From NCBI GenBank assembly GCA_023248155.1, contig JAHFFE010000001.1:84873-148872 (forward strand): a DNA stretch of 64,000 nucleotides, in the 5' to 3' direction. Made by a program: the position numbers and the translations under genes. Below the pieces are notes generated by a model. The model did not search any database. It was not told the origin of the DNA and saw only the letters and a program-made list of their open reading frames with translations. Positions within the stretch are counted from its first letter, which is position 1, and the number at the start of each line of letters is the position of its first letter. This DNA comes from Candidatus Omnitrophota bacterium (GTDB lineage: Bacteria; Omnitrophota; Gorgyraeia; 1-14-0-20-64-10). Positions 61,254-64,000 of the stretch are shown piece by piece.

Positions 61254-62378
61254 CTAGAATAGTCTCCGTTTCACATACAGTGTGTCTCTCGGGTGAATCG
61301 CGATGTTGGAATCCCGACCTGTTAGAATCCGGTCGATATTCGCCCGAAGGATCACTTTTTTATCGCCGACCGAACGGATAACCTCAATTCGGCTCGAACC
61401 GAATTTTGTGATGCCGCCAGCCATGCTGATAGCGGTCAAAAGATCAAGCGGCCCCTCAATGGGATAACTGCCCGGCGCGCTGATTTCGCCCAGCGCCGTG
61501 AATTTCGCGCCAATAATCTGTACCAAGACCTGACGGTTGTCCTGTGTGGGGGTTCGAATATACAGCGTGTCGCGGGGCAGAATCGGCAGGTTCGGTTCCT
61601 TGCCGTTTAAAATATTGTCGATATTCGAGCGAATCACCACCTGCTTGTTGCCCTGCCGGCGGATAATCTCCACCTGGCTGTTGCGCAGGGTCTGAACATC
61701 ACCGGCTTTGCTGATGGCCGTCAGTAGATCGATGGAACCGGTCATCTCGTAAAAACCAGACTCGCCTTTTTGGCCTAAAATAGAGAATTGCGCCCTGGAG
61801 AAACGGACCGTCACCTGGGGGTTGATCAGAAAATCTTTATCCAGCCGTTCCCGGAGTTCCTGTTCAACGGCTGAGATTGTTTTTCCCGCCGCCTGGACTA
61901 TTCCAATGAGTGGAAAACTAAAAGAGCCGTCTTCCTGAAGCTGGACTTTTTGGGTTAAGTCATCGTTTTTATAAACCGTGATATCGAGTTGATCTCCCGG
62001 GACCAGCTGATAAGAATATGCCAGTGCTCCCGCCGGTGAGATGATCTCGCTGGGAATATTTTGAGAGCCTCCTTGAGCCGCGCTTGTTTTAGAGGCCGAT
62101 AGCTGTTCGGAGATGGCCAGTTCCAGTTCCCGAGTCGAGAGCCCGGCTGCCTGGATCGTTCCAATCGGCGGGAAGAAAACCAGGCCATCTTCCTGGACAA
62201 TGGTTTTTATTCCCGAGCCGGGATTGGAAAAAAGACCAATCCCCAATTCATCCCCAGGCTGCAGACGATAGGGCTGCTGCGCCGGAGAATTTTTTTCAGC
62301 TGCTGTTGCGCAGCCGGTTTGCGCGACTAAAGCCGCGATCAGAAAAAAAGAAAAAAAGATTTTCACACAGCGCCGCAT
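61254..62378 (-). CDS. wza: polysaccharide export outer-membrane/periplasmic protein (Wza family)
   Basis: Lipoprotein-like signal (…LVAQTGC); PGD-x-L motifs YRLQPGDELGI / YQLVPGDQLDI; two SLBB-like repeats ending ...PRDTLYIRTP / ...PRDTLYVKRR. Confidence 0.8.
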   Translation of the reverse strand: MRRCVKIFFSFFLIAALVAQTGCATAAEKNSPAQQPYRLQPGDELGIGLFSNPGSGIKTIVQEDGLVFFPPIGTIQAAGLSTRELELAISEQLSASKTSAAQGGSQNIPSEIISPAGALAYSYQLVPGDQLDITVYKNDDLTQKVQLQEDGSFSFPLIGIVQAAGKTISAVEQELRERLDKDFLINPQVTVRFSRAQFSILGQKGESGFYEMTGSIDLLTAISKAGDVQTLRNSQVEIIRRQGNKQVVIRSNIDNILNGKEPNLPILPRDTLYIRTPTQDNRQVLVQIIGAKFTALGEISAPGSYPIEGPLDLLTAISMAGGITKFGSSRIEVIRSVGDKKVILRANIDRILTGRDSNIAIHPRDTLYVKRRLF

Positions 62379-63838
62379 CAGAAGCTGCCCTCAATGTTGA
62401 AATAAATCTGGTGATCCGAATAGTCGCGCGTGCGCGACCGCCGGTAAGTATAGTTCAGCAAAACACGCAGCTGTTCCTGCACTTGAAACGCAAGGCCCGG
62501 CTTGACGGAATAGAGTGTTTGCAGGGTTCTTTCAGTTGACCCTGGAACTACATCCGAACGGCTTGAGCGTTGCCAGGTATAATTGCCATTCAACGATAAA
62601 TCCAGCCGCGGCGTTAGCTGGTAAACAAGGCTCATCGTGGGCGATCGGCTGCGAAACCGGGTCCGGCCGGTCGAAAACGAAGTGGTCCGCGCATCCAGAT
62701 AGGACACCAGCATCCTGGTTCTCCGGTTGAGTTCTCGTTCCCACTGGGCCCGAAAATTCGGATCGGTGGACCGCTTGCTGCCTCGGACTCTATTGCGATC
62801 CAAAGAAAAAGTGGCGGAAAGTGTTTCAAACCGCGTCACTTCGTGCCGCACTCCCAAACGGCCTCCGTATTGATCGGAATTTTTGCTTTCATTGCCGGGA
62901 ATCTCGATCTCTTGGTAGGAAATTCCGCTCACCAGAAGCCAGGTGGGAACCAGGTCCCGCTCCCAGTCGAGCGTGGAGTCCCAGGTGTTCCGGTCGGTGT
63001 CGGAATCATTAACGATATGGTCATCAAATTTCCGATAGATGGAATTGAGCGCCAGTTTATTGCTTCGGTTAAGCGCATGACTGACTCTTCCCGAGAATGT
63101 TTGCGCGCTGGTTTGCGACAGCTTCGGGTTTTGGCGCAGCACATCAATCTCTTCGTCCCCAAATACAAACGAATGGTCTATGACGACCGTATAGCCCATC
63201 CGATACTGCGTAGGCCCCCCTGGATCAAGATCAATAAAAGTGACCAGGTCATGGTTGACGGCATTGGCGTTGCGCCGCATGTACCGGAACGCGTTGACTT
63301 CATACTGAAAACCATACAACAGCGGCCCTCGGGGATCGGCGAACAGAACCACATTTTCCAGCGTGCCTTTGAAGTCGCTTTGGCGCTGATTATCCTGAAG
63401 ATCAACGTTGGAGTCATAGAGAAATTCGGCCCCGTATCCGATCCGCGTCCTCTTGGCGAAAAACTCAAAAAACGAATCGCTTGATTGGTCGGAATGCGCA
63501 TAGACTTTATCGCGGCTGAGCCGGTCGGCCAACTGGTCGGAGGGGGTTGAAAAAAGCGATTTCCGCTCAAAAGAACTTCGGGAGGCGAACATCGGGGCCG
63601 GTGCCGAATAAGCCGTAGGCGCTTCTTGAGCCGTAGTTTCAGGTTGAAAAATTGTTGGTGTAAACTGGGCAGCCGGCTTGGCTGGCGCGGTCTCCTCTGA
63701 AGCAGGAGTGCTGGTCGTTTCTTCTGAACTGGACGAAGAAGCCGACTCCTCCGCCGCGGCAACCCGGGAGGCGCCGGCGCAGAAAAACAAACCTATCAGA
63801 AATAAGAAAACTGTCTTCGCTAGAAGTTTCTCCACCAT
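62378..63838 (-). CDS. outer-membrane beta-barrel protein (signal peptide, Ser/Thr-rich linker, C-terminal ...GSF)
   Basis: Signal peptide MVEKLLAKTVFLFLIGLFFCAGASRVAA; low-complexity SSSSSEETTSTPASEETAP; alternating amphipathic strands; terminal aromatic F. Confidence 0.5.
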   Translation of the reverse strand: MVEKLLAKTVFLFLIGLFFCAGASRVAAAEESASSSSSEETTSTPASEETAPAKPAAQFTPTIFQPETTAQEAPTAYSAPAPMFASRSSFERKSLFSTPSDQLADRLSRDKVYAHSDQSSDSFFEFFAKRTRIGYGAEFLYDSNVDLQDNQRQSDFKGTLENVVLFADPRGPLLYGFQYEVNAFRYMRRNANAVNHDLVTFIDLDPGGPTQYRMGYTVVIDHSFVFGDEEIDVLRQNPKLSQTSAQTFSGRVSHALNRSNKLALNSIYRKFDDHIVNDSDTDRNTWDSTLDWERDLVPTWLLVSGISYQEIEIPGNESKNSDQYGGRLGVRHEVTRFETLSATFSLDRNRVRGSKRSTDPNFRAQWERELNRRTRMLVSYLDARTTSFSTGRTRFRSRSPTMSLVYQLTPRLDLSLNGNYTWQRSSRSDVVPGSTERTLQTLYSVKPGLAFQVQEQLRVLLNYTYRRSRTRDYSDHQIYFNIEGSF

Positions 63839-64000
63839 TCCCCTTCCTGTTGGCGCGACCGCTCTCGGGGAGGGAGCTGGTTTTCGATAGCTTCATTCAG
63901 CAATTTCTGGTCGGCGGCGTCGATCACGGAGAACCGCAAACCCAATTCAAATCCGTTCATTTTTGGAATCGGAATACAGCGAACCACCTGAGCCTGCACC
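63820..64000 (-). CDS. 3' end of an unidentified CDS entering from beyond the window
   Basis: Open minus-strand frame ...IPIPKMNGFELGLRFSVIDAADQKLLNEAIENQLPPRERSRQQEGEWWRNF*; its stop overlaps the OMP start by 19 nt. Confidence 0.3.
   Translation of the reverse strand, partial: VQAQVVRCIPIPKMNGFELGLRFSVIDAADQKLLNEAIENQLPPRERSRQQEGEWWRNF

Noticed and set aside
46908-63838. PEP-CTERM/exosortase EPS system (TPR lipoprotein, Wza-like, BY-kinase, sugar transferase, AsnB, beta-barrel are all typical members)
   Set aside because: No exosortase (EpsH-like 8-TM protein with the conserved Cys/Arg signature) and no PEP-CTERM-tagged proteins are evident in the window. The 446-aa membrane protein has a large loop domain unlike exosortases. 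It remains possible if the exosortase lies outside the window.
63820-64000. Response-regulator receiver domain (IPIPKMNGFEL resembles the D-x-MP-x-MDG-x-E loop)
   Set aside because: Only ~40 residues follow the motif before the stop, too few to complete a receiver fold. It was left as an unidentified partial CDS.

Overview
Chromosomal replication-origin region of a GC-rich (~55-58% by eye) diderm bacterium, flanked by a complete pyrimidine-biosynthesis operon and a large, lower-GC surface-polysaccharide locus. The window is almost entirely coding.

Minus-strand block 1-9.4 kb: thrS (partial), a tRNA Val-Leu-Cys cluster, split coaB/coaC, rpoZ, gmk, yicC, ndk, parB, parA, yidC, yidD, rnpA, rpmH.

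Plus-strand block 9.4-37.1 kb: dnaA, a putative oriC, dnaN, a DciA-like DUF721 protein, gyrB, gyrA, tRNA-Glu, a 769-aa secreted/membrane protein with an embedded CheD-like deamidase domain, rsmI and lpxA. It continues with an attenuator-controlled pyrR-pyrB-pyrC-carA-carB-pyrK-pyrD-pyrF-pyrE operon interrupted by three non-pyrimidine genes, then a UbiA-family prenyl-phosphate pentosyltransferase-like gene and two SDR epimerases.

From 37.1 kb a mixed-orientation, tRNA-punctuated polysaccharide locus follows (tRNA-Phe, tRNA-Asp, tRNA-Val). It carries GT9, GT4 and GT2 glycosyltransferases, four methyltransferases, an AsnB-like amidotransferase, a NodU/CmcH carbamoyltransferase and a Wzm/Wzt ABC exporter. 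It also has a Wzy-like membrane protein, Wzc tyrosine kinase, a WbaP-like initiating transferase, a TPR membrane protein, Wza and an outer-membrane beta-barrel.

Most unusual are the CheD-fold domain inside a large secreted protein with no chemotaxis genes nearby, and the three accessory genes inserted into the pyr operon. Also unusual: a sharp composition break inside dnaN, a homopolymer-associated parA/parB overlap, and the mixed ABC-transporter plus Wza/Wzc export locus with a possible prenyl-phosphate pentose donor route.

Calls rest on reading the translated ORFs and sequence motifs by eye. No database searches or computations were run.
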